The position numbers and the translations under genes were made by a program. The notes beneath the pieces were generated by a model that had not been told where the DNA came from, did not search any database, and saw nothing but the letters and a program-made list of their open reading frames with translations. From positions 1 to 35,446 of the forward strand of contig JBFISV010000001.1 in NCBI GenBank assembly GCA_041608415.1: a stretch of 35,446 bases of DNA. The letters are read 5' to 3'. This DNA comes from Woeseiaceae bacterium. GTDB taxonomy: Bacteria > Pseudomonadota > Gammaproteobacteria > Steroidobacterales > Woeseiaceae. Positions 23,163-31,858 of the stretch are shown here, one piece after another; positions within the stretch are counted from its first letter, which is position 1; each line of letters starts with the position of its first letter.

Positions 23163-24824
23163 TCAGTCCCGCGCCAGCAGCGGCGCCGTCAGTCGCGGGC
23201 CGACCTCGGGCAGAAGCAGGGAGCTGATGATGATCTGCGTCTGCCGGCCCGCGAGCCCGTCCACCTGCAAGCGATGATCGCGCTGAAATGCCCGGACCGA
23301 CTCGGTGAGTCCCGCGTCGTAGGTATCCGAATCGAGCGGTTCCGCGCGATAGCGCTCGTCGATCGCTGCCAGGCTTCGCCGCAACCAGACGACGTCGGGA
23401 TCCTCGAGTCCCGGGCGCAGTGCAGCCGAGGCGCCGTTCGCGGGTTTCCAGAGCAGCAGGTACTGGCCGAACCAGAGGTCCTGAACGTCTTGTGCCGCGT
23501 GTGAGACGCCTAAAGGACCGATCTCGAGATCCGCGTAGTCGCCGTGGATCGCGCTCAGAACGACGCTATGTGCGCGACCGCGGCTGTCCGTCAGGGTCAG
23601 CACGGCGGGCCGGTCCAGTTGTCGCAGACTGTTCCAGGAGCCGCGCTGCACGAGGCATTCGTAGCCGGCCGCGGTCGCGGCCGAACAATCGGCGAATTCG
23701 AGGCCCCACAACCCGAACAGGACCGCCAGCGCGGACCCTGCATCGGTGAGGTCGCCTGCGAGCTCGAGCTGCTCGTCGAGCGTCGCCTGCGCTTCGCCGG
23801 TATCGCTCGCCGCCGTGGCCGTCTCCGCGGGACGTGCAGCCGCCACCAAAGGCTCGGCGGCGACCGCCACCGCGGGCGCTGCGGCGACGGGCCCGGCAAC
23901 GGCCGTCGAATCCTGCCGTTCGGCGAACACGATCCAGGTGCCGAGACCGACCGCGACGATGCCGGCCGCAATCATCGCCGGCGCCATCCAGCGCAGCCAC
24001 AGCGGCGTATCGGGTGCGCCGAGTATTTCGGCTGCGGCGCGTCGCACGAAACGCCGCGTCACGTCGCGCGACTCGCAGCTGTAGGCGCCGAGCAGCGCCC
24101 GATCGCAAATGACGTTGATGACACGCGGTACGCCCAGCGAGAGCCTGAAGACCTCGCGTTTGGCGCCGCTGTCGAACAGTTCGCCAAGCGCGCCCGCGAC
24201 GCGCAGGCGATGATCGATGTACAGCGCCGTTTCCTCGCGCGACAGCGGTTTCAGGTGATAACGGCCCGTGATGCGCTGTGCGAGCTGCCGCAAATCGTTG
24301 CGGGCCAGGAGGTCGCGCAGCTCGGGCTGGCCGATGAGGATGATCTGCAGGAGCTTCTGTTTGGACGTCTCGAGATTCGTCAGCAGGCGCACCTGCTCGA
24401 GCACGTCGCGCGCGAGATTCTGTGCTTCGTCGACGAGCAATATCGTGCGCCGCCCGTCGGCATGGGCCAGCAACAGGTAGTGATTCAGTGCATCGATCAG
24501 CGCCTTGCTGCTGTCGCCGTCGATTTCGTCGACGATGCCGAGTTCCTCGCAAATGGTTTGCAGGAATTCCAGCGCCGACAGTTGCGGGTTCAGTATCACG
24601 GCGACATCGGCGTTTTCGGGCAAGCGATTTTGCAGCAGCGTGCGCACGAGCGTCGTTTTGCCCGTGCCGACCTCGCCCGTGAGCTGCATGAAACCGTCGG
24701 CTTCGGTGACGCCATAGACGAGATGAGCGAGCGCCTCGCTGTGGCGCTCGCTCATAAACAGGTAACGCGGGTCGGGCGTTATCGAGAATGGCTTTTCATT
24801 GAGGCCGAAAAAGCTCGTGTACAT
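23163..24824 (-). CDS. gspA: ExeA/GspA AAA ATPase with C-terminal peptidoglycan-binding domain
   Basis: MYTSFFGLNEKPFSITPDPRYLF; Walker A GEVGTGKTT; Walker B ILLVDEAQ; a TM segment; PG-binding repeat LTESVRAFQRDHRLQVDGLAGRQT. The start at 24824 is preferred over 24848. Confidence 0.85.
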   Translation of the reverse strand: MYTSFFGLNEKPFSITPDPRYLFMSERHSEALAHLVYGVTEADGFMQLTGEVGTGKTTLVRTLLQNRLPENADVAVILNPQLSALEFLQTICEELGIVDEIDGDSSKALIDALNHYLLLAHADGRRTILLVDEAQNLARDVLEQVRLLTNLETSKQKLLQIILIGQPELRDLLARNDLRQLAQRITGRYHLKPLSREETALYIDHRLRVAGALGELFDSGAKREVFRLSLGVPRVINVICDRALLGAYSCESRDVTRRFVRRAAAEILGAPDTPLWLRWMAPAMIAAGIVAVGLGTWIVFAERQDSTAVAGPVAAAPAVAVAAEPLVAAARPAETATAASDTGEAQATLDEQLELAGDLTDAGSALAVLFGLWGLEFADCSAATAAGYECLVQRGSWNSLRQLDRPAVLTLTDSRGRAHSVVLSAIHGDYADLEIGPLGVSHAAQDVQDLWFGQYLLLWKPANGASAALRPGLEDPDVVWLRRSLAAIDERYRAEPLDSDTYDAGLTESVRAFQRDHRLQVDGLAGRQTQIIISSLLLPEVGPRLTAPLLARD

Positions 24825-24971
24825 GTCTGGGTTGCCGCTTGAACGCATGCGGCCGGAGCGGCGCGCAGCCGGGTCTTCGCCCGGCAGCAGATTCTAACCC
24901 ATTTTCACTCGCGGCCCATTCGAGCGACGCCCGTTCAGTCGCAGCCGACGCGCCCGCGGCAGGGTGCCGCC

Positions 24972-26138
24972 TCAGCGATCATGCGGATGCAGGGTGCTCG
25001 CGCGCCCGACGGCCGCATCGCCGAAGCGCTCGCGTATCTCGTCCACGGTGGAGTCGACGGGGCCGGCCACGCTCTGCGCGGCGAACAGGTCCGCCTGGTC
25101 CGCGGCGGCGAGCCGGCTGCCGCCAACGCCCAGCAGCCGTATCCGTGCGCCGGGATTGTCCGCGAGCCAGGTGAGGAGCAGGCGGCGCGCGACGGCGTAG
25201 ACCTGGTCCGTGCCGTTCGCAGGGGGCTTCAGCAGCGTTTGTCGCGTGCAGGTGCTGAAATCGGATCGCCGGATCTTGATTTGCACGGTCCCGGCCTCGA
25301 GTTTCGCCCTGCGCAGGCGAGTGCAGGTGCGTTCGCAAAGGCTGAGCAGCTCGCGCTCCATGTCGCGCTGTTCGTAAAGGTCCTGGTCGAAGGTTTCCTC
25401 GGCGCTGATCGATTTTTCCTCGCGCGAGGCGACGACCGGGCGATCGTCGATACCGCAGGCCCGGTCGCGGGTTTTCGAACTGTAGCGGCCGAATACCGGT
25501 TCGATCGCGGACAGCCGCGCGCGGCGCAGGTCGCGCACCGTGTAAATGCCGATCGCCCGCAGTTTCGCGAGCGTTTCCGGCCCGATCCCGGGGATGACGT
25601 CCACCGGCAGCGGGTCCAGTTTTTGCCTGCAGTTGTCCGGCGTCAGCACGACGAGGCCGTCCGGCTTGTCCATGTCCGATGCGATCTTGGCCGTGAGTTT
25701 GTTGTAGGCGACACCGACGGAAGCCGTCAGTTCAGTCGCCTCGTTGACGCGTTTCTTGACGGCGGCGGCGATGTCCCGTGCATCGCCGAAGAGTTTCAGG
25801 CTTGCCGTCACGTCGAGGAACGCTTCGTCGAGGGACAATCCCTCGACCAGCGGCGTGAATTCGCGAAACACGTCGAATATCTCGCGCGACACCGACCTGT
25901 AATGCGACATGCGCGGCGGCACGCAGACGAGTGAGCGGCAACGCCGCCGCGCCTCGGCCATCGGCATTGCCGAGCGAATGCCGAACTTACGCGATTCATA
26001 ACTGGCCGCCGCAACGACGCCGCGATTCTCACCGCCCCCGACCACGAGCGGTTTGCCGCGGAGGTCCGGATCGTCGCGCTGCTCGATCGACGCGTAAAAC
26101 GCATCCATGTCGACGTGCAGTATCGAGCGCGTAGTCAC
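24972..26138 (-). CDS. dinB: DNA polymerase IV (Y-family)
   Basis: ILHVDMDAFYASIEQ, SLDEAFLDVT, SVGVAYNKLTAKIASDMDKPDG, GIGPETLAKL. The GTG start lies 5 nt after the ispA stop. Confidence 0.92.
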   Translation of the reverse strand: MTTRSILHVDMDAFYASIEQRDDPDLRGKPLVVGGGENRGVVAAASYESRKFGIRSAMPMAEARRRCRSLVCVPPRMSHYRSVSREIFDVFREFTPLVEGLSLDEAFLDVTASLKLFGDARDIAAAVKKRVNEATELTASVGVAYNKLTAKIASDMDKPDGLVVLTPDNCRQKLDPLPVDVIPGIGPETLAKLRAIGIYTVRDLRRARLSAIEPVFGRYSSKTRDRACGIDDRPVVASREEKSISAEETFDQDLYEQRDMERELLSLCERTCTRLRRAKLEAGTVQIKIRRSDFSTCTRQTLLKPPANGTDQVYAVARRLLLTWLADNPGARIRLLGVGGSRLAAADQADLFAAQSVAGPVDSTVDEIRERFGDAAVGRASTLHPHDR

Positions 26139-26143
26139 GGCGA

Positions 26144-27064
26144 TCAGTGGCTGCGCTCGACGATGTAGCGCGCAACGCAGCGCAGCGGCTCGGCCGCCGG
26201 CCCGACGACGCCGAGTTCCGCTTCTGCGCCGGCCACGAGTTCCTCACATCGCGCGATCGACGCGCGCTCGCCGAAAAGCAAGGGGTAGGTCGCCTTGCGC
26301 AGGCCGAGATCCGAGCCTCGCGGCTTGCCGATAATCGCGGTCTCGCCCTGGATGTCCAGCAGGTCGTCGCGAATCTGGAAGGCGACGCCGACCTTGCGCG
26401 AGAAGGCATCGAGCGCGCGCGAATGACTCGCCGGCAGATCGGGATCGAGCAGGCAGGCCGACATCACCGCTGCATGGATCAACGCGCCGGTCTTGAGCGC
26501 GTACATGTGCTCGACCTCGGCGGCGCTCAGCGAGCGGCCTTCCGCAGACAGGTCGATGGACTGGCCGCCGGTCATGCCGATCGAGCCGCAGGCGTCTGCA
26601 ATCAGCCGCACCAGCTTCGTGCGGATGTCAGCGGCCACGGGCTCGCAGTCGGCGAGCACCGAAAACGCAAGCGGCTGCAGTGCGTCGGCGGCGAGAATCG
26701 CCGTCGCCTCGTCGAAGGCGACGTGCACGGTCGGTTTGCCGCGCCGCAGGTCGTCGTCGTCCATCGCGGGCAGGTCGTCGTGCACCAGCGAGAACGCGTG
26801 TATGAGTTCGATCGATGCGGCCGGCGCATCGAGCAGGTCTTCGGCAATGCCGACGCATTCGCCGGCCGCGTAGACGAGCATGGGCCGAACGCGCTTGCCA
26901 CCGTTGAAGACCGCGTAACGCATCGCCTCGTGCAGGCGCTCGGGCTGCTCCTCCGCGCTCGGCAGCGATGCATCGAGTTTTCGGGTGACTCGCTCGAGGT
27001 AATGGTCCAGGCGGTCGCGAAACTGCGCGTACAAAGCGTTCCCCGGGGCTTCGACAAGGGCCAT
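26144..27064 (-). CDS. ispA: (2E,6E)-farnesyl diphosphate synthase
   Basis: First Asp-rich motif LVHDDLPAMDDDDLRRGKPT; second motif FQIRDDLLD; GKRVRP near the N-terminus. Confidence 0.9.
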   Translation of the reverse strand: MALVEAPGNALYAQFRDRLDHYLERVTRKLDASLPSAEEQPERLHEAMRYAVFNGGKRVRPMLVYAAGECVGIAEDLLDAPAASIELIHAFSLVHDDLPAMDDDDLRRGKPTVHVAFDEATAILAADALQPLAFSVLADCEPVAADIRTKLVRLIADACGSIGMTGGQSIDLSAEGRSLSAAEVEHMYALKTGALIHAAVMSACLLDPDLPASHSRALDAFSRKVGVAFQIRDDLLDIQGETAIIGKPRGSDLGLRKATYPLLFGERASIARCEELVAGAEAELGVVGPAAEPLRCVARYIVERSH

Positions 27065-27150
27065 AAGCCTACACGATTTGCCGCGCGGCGCACGGGCGCG
27101 GACGACGACAGGCTGGCTCCGGGGCGCGCGGCGCCGCGCACGGTCTGGGC

Positions 27151-27156
27151 TATAAT
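27151..27156 (+). promoter_or_regulatory. possible -10 element (TATAAT) for the mevalonate operon
   Basis: A perfect TATAAT 33 nt upstream of the mvaD ATG, in an otherwise very GC-rich divergent spacer. No convincing -35 at 17-bp spacing. Confidence 0.3.
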
Positions 27157-27188
27157 TCGCGTCCTTTCGAATACACGGTCAGTAGTGG

Positions 27189-28151
27189 ATGCAGGCGATT
27201 GCCAGGGCGCAGCCGAACATTGCCCTCATCAAGTATTGGGGCAAGCGCGACCGTGCGCTGAATTTGCCGGCCGTCGGTTCGATATCGATCACGCTCGCCG
27301 ACCTCTATACCGACATGGACGTGAAATTCGATGCCGCACTCGCAGCGGACCGGCTCACGCTGAACGGCGACGAAGAGGCCGCGATGCTGCCGCGCGTCAG
27401 CCGCTGTCTCGACACCGTGGCGGGATCGGGGCGAGCCGCCGCGCGCGTCGAGAGCCACTCTAATTTTCCGGTTGCAGCCGGACTCGCATCGTCGGCATCG
27501 GCATTCGCGGCGCTGGTTGTCGCTGCATCGGGCGCGGCCGGGGGGCAACGGCCGACGGACGAACTGGCGCGCCTCGCGGGCCGCGCGTCGGGATCCGCGG
27601 CGCGCTCGCTGTACGGCGGCTTCGTGGAGCTCGGCTTGAACGGCGACGGCATCGAGGTGGCGACCCTGCTCGCAGCCGAAGCGTGGCCGCTGGCCGTCGT
27701 CGTCGCCGTGACCGACACGGGTGCGAAGCCTGTCGGCTCCGGCGATGCCATGGAAATCAGCCGCAGGACGTCGCCCTTCTACGGCCGCTGGATCGACGAT
27801 CAGCCGCGTGACCTCGCGACGGCGCGTGCGGCCATTCTCGCCCGCGACTTAGAGGCGCTCGGCGTCGTTGCCGAGCACAACTGCCTCAAGATGCACTCCG
27901 TCATGTGGTCGTCGCGGCCACCCATCGTGTACTGGAACGCCGCGACGCTTGCGTGCATGCACGCCGTTCGCGAACTGCGATCCAGCGGTGTCGGCGCATT
28001 CTTCACGATCGACGCCGGGCCACAGGTCAAGGCCGTGTGCCCGGGCGCCGACGCGCCTCGCGTGCGCGCGGCGTTCGAATCGATCCCGGGAGTCGCTGCA
28101 GTGTTGACGAGCGGCCTCGGCGGTGGCGCGCGCCTGACGGCGCGGCGATGA
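27189..28151 (+). CDS. mvaD: diphosphomevalonate decarboxylase
   Basis: PNIALIKYWGKRD; GHMP motif AAGLASSASAFAAL; GSGSAARS-like RASGSAARSLYGGF; FTIDAGPQV. Confidence 0.9.
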   Translation: MQAIARAQPNIALIKYWGKRDRALNLPAVGSISITLADLYTDMDVKFDAALAADRLTLNGDEEAAMLPRVSRCLDTVAGSGRAAARVESHSNFPVAAGLASSASAFAALVVAASGAAGGQRPTDELARLAGRASGSAARSLYGGFVELGLNGDGIEVATLLAAEAWPLAVVVAVTDTGAKPVGSGDAMEISRRTSPFYGRWIDDQPRDLATARAAILARDLEALGVVAEHNCLKMHSVMWSSRPPIVYWNAATLACMHAVRELRSSGVGAFFTIDAGPQVKAVCPGADAPRVRAAFESIPGVAAVLTSGLGGGARLTARR

Positions 28152-29074
28152 AACGGCTGCGAAGCAGCGCGCCGGGCAAGGTCGTGTTGTCGGGCGAATA
28201 CGCCGTTCTCGACGGCGCTCCCGCCGTCTCGATGGCCGTGAACCGGCGCGCCGTCGTGACTCTCGATGCGGCCGCCACGGCGGCGATTTCCTCGCTCGGG
28301 CTCCGCGGGAAGACGGATACGCGCCTGTTCGACGCCGTGCAAACGGCATGGTCGCTTGCACCCTGGGAGGGCGCCGCGGTTCTCGATACGCGGGCGTTCG
28401 CGGATCCGGCGTCCGGCAGGAAATTCGGCATCGGCTCGAGCGCGGCCCTGGCCGCGGCGCTCGCGGCGGCATTCGCGCCGAGCGGCACTGCGGAGGAAGA
28501 ACTGTTCGCCGTCGCGCGGCGGGCGCATCGCGAGTTTCAACGGGACACGGGCAGCGGTGTCGATGTCGCGACCAGCGTCTTCGGCGGCCTCATCGAGTAC
28601 ATCATCGACGAGAGCCCGCGCCGTCTGACCTGGCCCCGGGATCTGTGCTTCGCGCTGCTGTGGAGCGGCGAGCCCGCGAACACCGCGCAGAAGCTCGCGC
28701 GCCTGGAGGCGGCCCCGAAGGCAGCCAGCCGCAGCGCGCTCGGCGCGGCCGCGGCGCGCGTCGCGGCGGCCTGGGCCGGCGGCGATGCGGCAAGGCTCCT
28801 CGGCGAGTATCGTGACTATTTGCACGCTCTGCGGTCGTTCGATGTTGACCATGGTCTCGGCATATTCGATGCTGGTCACGATGCTCTTCTGCGCGCAACA
28901 CAAACATCCGATCTCGTCTACAAACCCTGCGGCGCCGGCGGCGGCGACATCGGCATCGTTTTCGGCCTCGAAGAAGGGGCTGTCAGGGCATTCTGCGCCA
29001 CGGCCGCGTGCCTCGGCTTTCGCCCGCTCGACATGACGATGGAGACCGCGGGCGTGCGGGTTACCGGCGTATGA
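28148..29074 (+). CDS. phosphomevalonate kinase (GHMP family)
   Basis: SAPGKVVLSGEYAVLDG, GIGSSAALAAAL, KPCGAGGGD. The ATG overlaps the mvaD stop (ATGA at 28148-28151). The function is assigned by position as the third GHMP kinase of the cluster. Confidence 0.75.
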   Translation: MKRLRSSAPGKVVLSGEYAVLDGAPAVSMAVNRRAVVTLDAAATAAISSLGLRGKTDTRLFDAVQTAWSLAPWEGAAVLDTRAFADPASGRKFGIGSSAALAAALAAAFAPSGTAEEELFAVARRAHREFQRDTGSGVDVATSVFGGLIEYIIDESPRRLTWPRDLCFALLWSGEPANTAQKLARLEAAPKAASRSALGAAAARVAAAWAGGDAARLLGEYRDYLHALRSFDVDHGLGIFDAGHDALLRATQTSDLVYKPCGAGGGDIGIVFGLEEGAVRAFCATAACLGFRPLDMTMETAGVRVTGV

Positions 29075-31290
29075 GCGACTCGCGACTCGCCGGATTCTAC
29101 CGGCTCACGAGCGACGCGCGCGTCGATGAACTCGAGCGACGCGGCTGGCTGTCGCGCGAGGACGCCCGCATGCTCAGGGACGGAGGGCACCTGCTGTCGG
29201 TGGGCGCGGCCGACAAGATGATCGAGAACGTCATCGCGAATTTCGGCCTGCCGCTGGCCGTCGCCCCGAATTTTCTCGTCAATGACTGCGACCGCCTGGT
29301 GCCGCTGGTCGTCGAGGAGCCCTCGATCGTCGCCGCGCTCAGCGCATCGGCACTGCTCGCGCGCGCTTCCGGCGGCTTCGAGGCGCGTTGCGACGAATCC
29401 CTCGCAATCGGGCAGGTCCACCTGGCGGGGCTCGGCGACCCGGACGCCGCGATCGAGGCGATCGCGTCCGCCAAGACGTCGCTGCTTGAAACGGCGAACG
29501 CGGTTCACCCGCGGCTCGCACGCCGCGGCGGCGGCGTGCGCGACATCGAGGCGCGCTCGCTCGACCTCGAAGACGGCGGCCGTGCGCTGGCAATACACCT
29601 GCTCGTCGATACCTGCGACGCGATGGGCGCGAATCTGGTCAACACGATCTGCGAGGCGCTTGCGCCGGAGCTTGCGCGGCTGTGCGAAGCCCGCGTCGTG
29701 ATGTGCATCCTCTCGAACCTCACCGACCGCTCGCTGGTTTCGGCGCGGGTTCGCTACCGGTGTGCCGATCTCGGCGTCGACGACAGGGCTGCGAGACGGG
29801 CACGGGACGCGATCGTGCTGGCGAACGAGATCGCCTCGGTCGATCCGTACCGGGCGGCGACGCACAACAAGGGCATCATGAATGGTATCGACGCGCTCGC
29901 GATCGCGACGGGCAACGACTGGCGTGCCCTGGAGGCCGGTGCGCACGCGTATGCGGCGGCCGACGGACGCTATAAGCCGCTCACGCGCTGGTCGGTGAAC
30001 GGCTCGGGCGATCTCTGCGGAAAAATCGAATTACCGCTCAAGGTCGGCATTGTCGGCGGCACGCTCGAGGCCAATCCCGCAGCGGCCATCGGACTCGCGA
30101 TCAGCGGCGCACGGTCGGCGCGTGAACTCGCCGAGCTCATGGCGGCAACCGGGCTCGCGCAGAATTTCGCCGCATTGCGCGCACTCGTGACGACCGGCAT
30201 ACAGCAGGGGCATATGCGCCTGCATGCACGCAGTGTCGTCGCCGCGAGCGGAGCCCCGGCCGGGCTGTTCGACGAAGTGGTCGCAGAACTCGTTGCGAGC
30301 GGCGAGGTCAAGGAATGGAAAGCGCGGGAAATACTCGCAGAGATCCAGGCTGCGGCAGAGCCCGCAGAGGGTGCATCCGCCGCCGGCAAGGTCATCCTGC
30401 TGGGTGAGCACGCGGCGGTTTACGGCAGGCACGCGCTTGCGCTGCCGATCGAGCGCGCGGTCATTGCGAGCGCAGCGCAAAGCCCCGTATCGACGGTCAC
30501 GATTGCCGCCTGGGGCGTGCACGATGAGATTCGACGCGGCACCGACATCGGCGACGCCATCTTGCTGATTGCCGGGGAACTCGGCATCGCCGACAGGCAT
30601 TTCGCGCTGCAGGTGACGCCATGCCTGCCGCGCGCAATGGGCCTCGGTTCTTCGGCTGCGTTCGCGGTCGCAATCACCCGCGCGCTCGGTCGCGCGTTCG
30701 GCGTTGCGGCGGGGGACGAACGCGTCAACGCAATCGCGTTCGAATGCGAAAAGCTCGCGCACGGCACACCTTCCGGCGTCGACAATACGGTTGCAACCTA
30801 TGCGGCACCGATGCTGTTCCGGGCCGGCGAATCGCTGGCCGGGAAGGTGCTCGAACTCACGGAGCCGCCTCCGCTCGTCGTTGCGTGCAGTACGAGCCCG
30901 GGCTCGACGTTCGAACAGGTGGCCGGCGTTCGCGCCCGCCGCGAGGCCGAGACCGTTCGCTACGAGGCGCTGTTCGACCGCATCGACGAGCTGACGCTCG
31001 CGGCCGCCGACGCATTGGTAGCGGCAGACTACGCGGGGCTCGGCCGGCTGCTGAATATCGGCCACGGACTGTTGAACGCGCTCGAGGTGTCCACGCCCGA
31101 ACTCGAGCGCATGGTCGCCATTGCGCGCAGCGCCGGCGCACTCGGCGCGAAACTGACGGGCGCGGGCGGCGGCGGATCGATCGTTGCGCTGTGCCCCGGT
31201 CGGGTCGGCGCCGTTCGCGAGGCTCTGCACGCGGCCGGTTTCCGCACAATTGCGCTTGCGAGCCCCCGGGAACCCGATGATGACGAATGA
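29071..31290 (+). CDS. bifunctional class II HMG-CoA reductase / mevalonate kinase fusion
   Basis: 739 aa, single uninterrupted frame. The N-terminal ~430 aa carry class II HMGR motifs EEPSIVAA, DAMGANLVN, ATHNKGIMNGIDA, VGIVGGT, GHMRLHARS. A short linker AAAEPAEGAS follows. The MVK motifs are GKVILLGEHAAVYG, GLGSSAAFAVA, KLTGAGGGGS. No in-frame ATG/GTG/TTG near the junction (~30350-30400). The ATG overlaps the PMK stop (ATGA). Confidence 0.85.
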   Translation: MSDSRLAGFYRLTSDARVDELERRGWLSREDARMLRDGGHLLSVGAADKMIENVIANFGLPLAVAPNFLVNDCDRLVPLVVEEPSIVAALSASALLARASGGFEARCDESLAIGQVHLAGLGDPDAAIEAIASAKTSLLETANAVHPRLARRGGGVRDIEARSLDLEDGGRALAIHLLVDTCDAMGANLVNTICEALAPELARLCEARVVMCILSNLTDRSLVSARVRYRCADLGVDDRAARRARDAIVLANEIASVDPYRAATHNKGIMNGIDALAIATGNDWRALEAGAHAYAAADGRYKPLTRWSVNGSGDLCGKIELPLKVGIVGGTLEANPAAAIGLAISGARSARELAELMAATGLAQNFAALRALVTTGIQQGHMRLHARSVVAASGAPAGLFDEVVAELVASGEVKEWKAREILAEIQAAAEPAEGASAAGKVILLGEHAAVYGRHALALPIERAVIASAAQSPVSTVTIAAWGVHDEIRRGTDIGDAILLIAGELGIADRHFALQVTPCLPRAMGLGSSAAFAVAITRALGRAFGVAAGDERVNAIAFECEKLAHGTPSGVDNTVATYAAPMLFRAGESLAGKVLELTEPPPLVVACSTSPGSTFEQVAGVRARREAETVRYEALFDRIDELTLAAADALVAADYAGLGRLLNIGHGLLNALEVSTPELERMVAIARSAGALGAKLTGAGGGGSIVALCPGRVGAVREALHAAGFRTIALASPREPDDDE

Positions 31291-31858
31291 CGCGCACCGC
31301 ATCGTCTCGTCGGAGGCCGAGGAGCTGATCCTCGTCGACGAACACGACAATGAAACCGGCTACCTTTCGAAGGCGGCCTGTCACGACGGCGCCGGCCGGT
31401 TGCACCGCGCGTTTTCGGTGTTCCTGTTCGACGATCGCGGCGCCGTGCTGCTGCAGCAGCGCGCGGCAACGAAGCGCCTCTGGCCGGGGTACTGGTCGAA
31501 CAGCTGTTGCAGTCATCCACGCCGCGGGGAATCGATGCGGATTGCCACGGCGCGACGTCTGCAGGACGAACTGAACGTCGTGGCGGAACTCGAGTTCGTC
31601 TACAAGTTCACTTACCGGGCGGGCTTCGGCGAGGCCGGTTCCGAGAATGAGCTTTGTTATGTCTACCTGGGGCGGGTCTGCGGCGATGTCCGGCCCAACG
31701 AACACGAGATCGCACAGGTTCGATTTCTCCCCGTGGACGACCTCGATGCGGAACTCGAAACCGGCCCTGGCCGCTTCACGCCATGGCTGCGGATGGAGTG
31801 GCGCGCGCTCAACGAGCAGCACGCCGAACTACTGTCCCGTTATGCGATGAAGCGGTAG
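31277..31858 (+). CDS. idi: isopentenyl-diphosphate delta-isomerase, type 1
   Basis: HRAFSVFLF and WSNSCCSHP (catalytic Cys region; cf. E. coli WTNSVCGHP), ENELCYVY, FTPW. The start MMTND overlaps the 3' end of the fusion gene by 14 nt. Confidence 0.88.
   Translation: MMTNDAHRIVSSEAEELILVDEHDNETGYLSKAACHDGAGRLHRAFSVFLFDDRGAVLLQQRAATKRLWPGYWSNSCCSHPRRGESMRIATARRLQDELNVVAELEFVYKFTYRAGFGEAGSENELCYVYLGRVCGDVRPNEHEIAQVRFLPVDDLDAELETGPGRFTPWLRMEWRALNEQHAELLSRYAMKR

Noticed and set aside
24849-24971. Possible sigma-70 promoter (TAGAAT at 24891-24896, minus strand) and a small hairpin GCCGGG-N6-CCCGGC upstream of exeA
   Set aside because: No acceptable -35 element at 16-18 bp spacing, and the hairpin is short. 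Not enough support to annotate.
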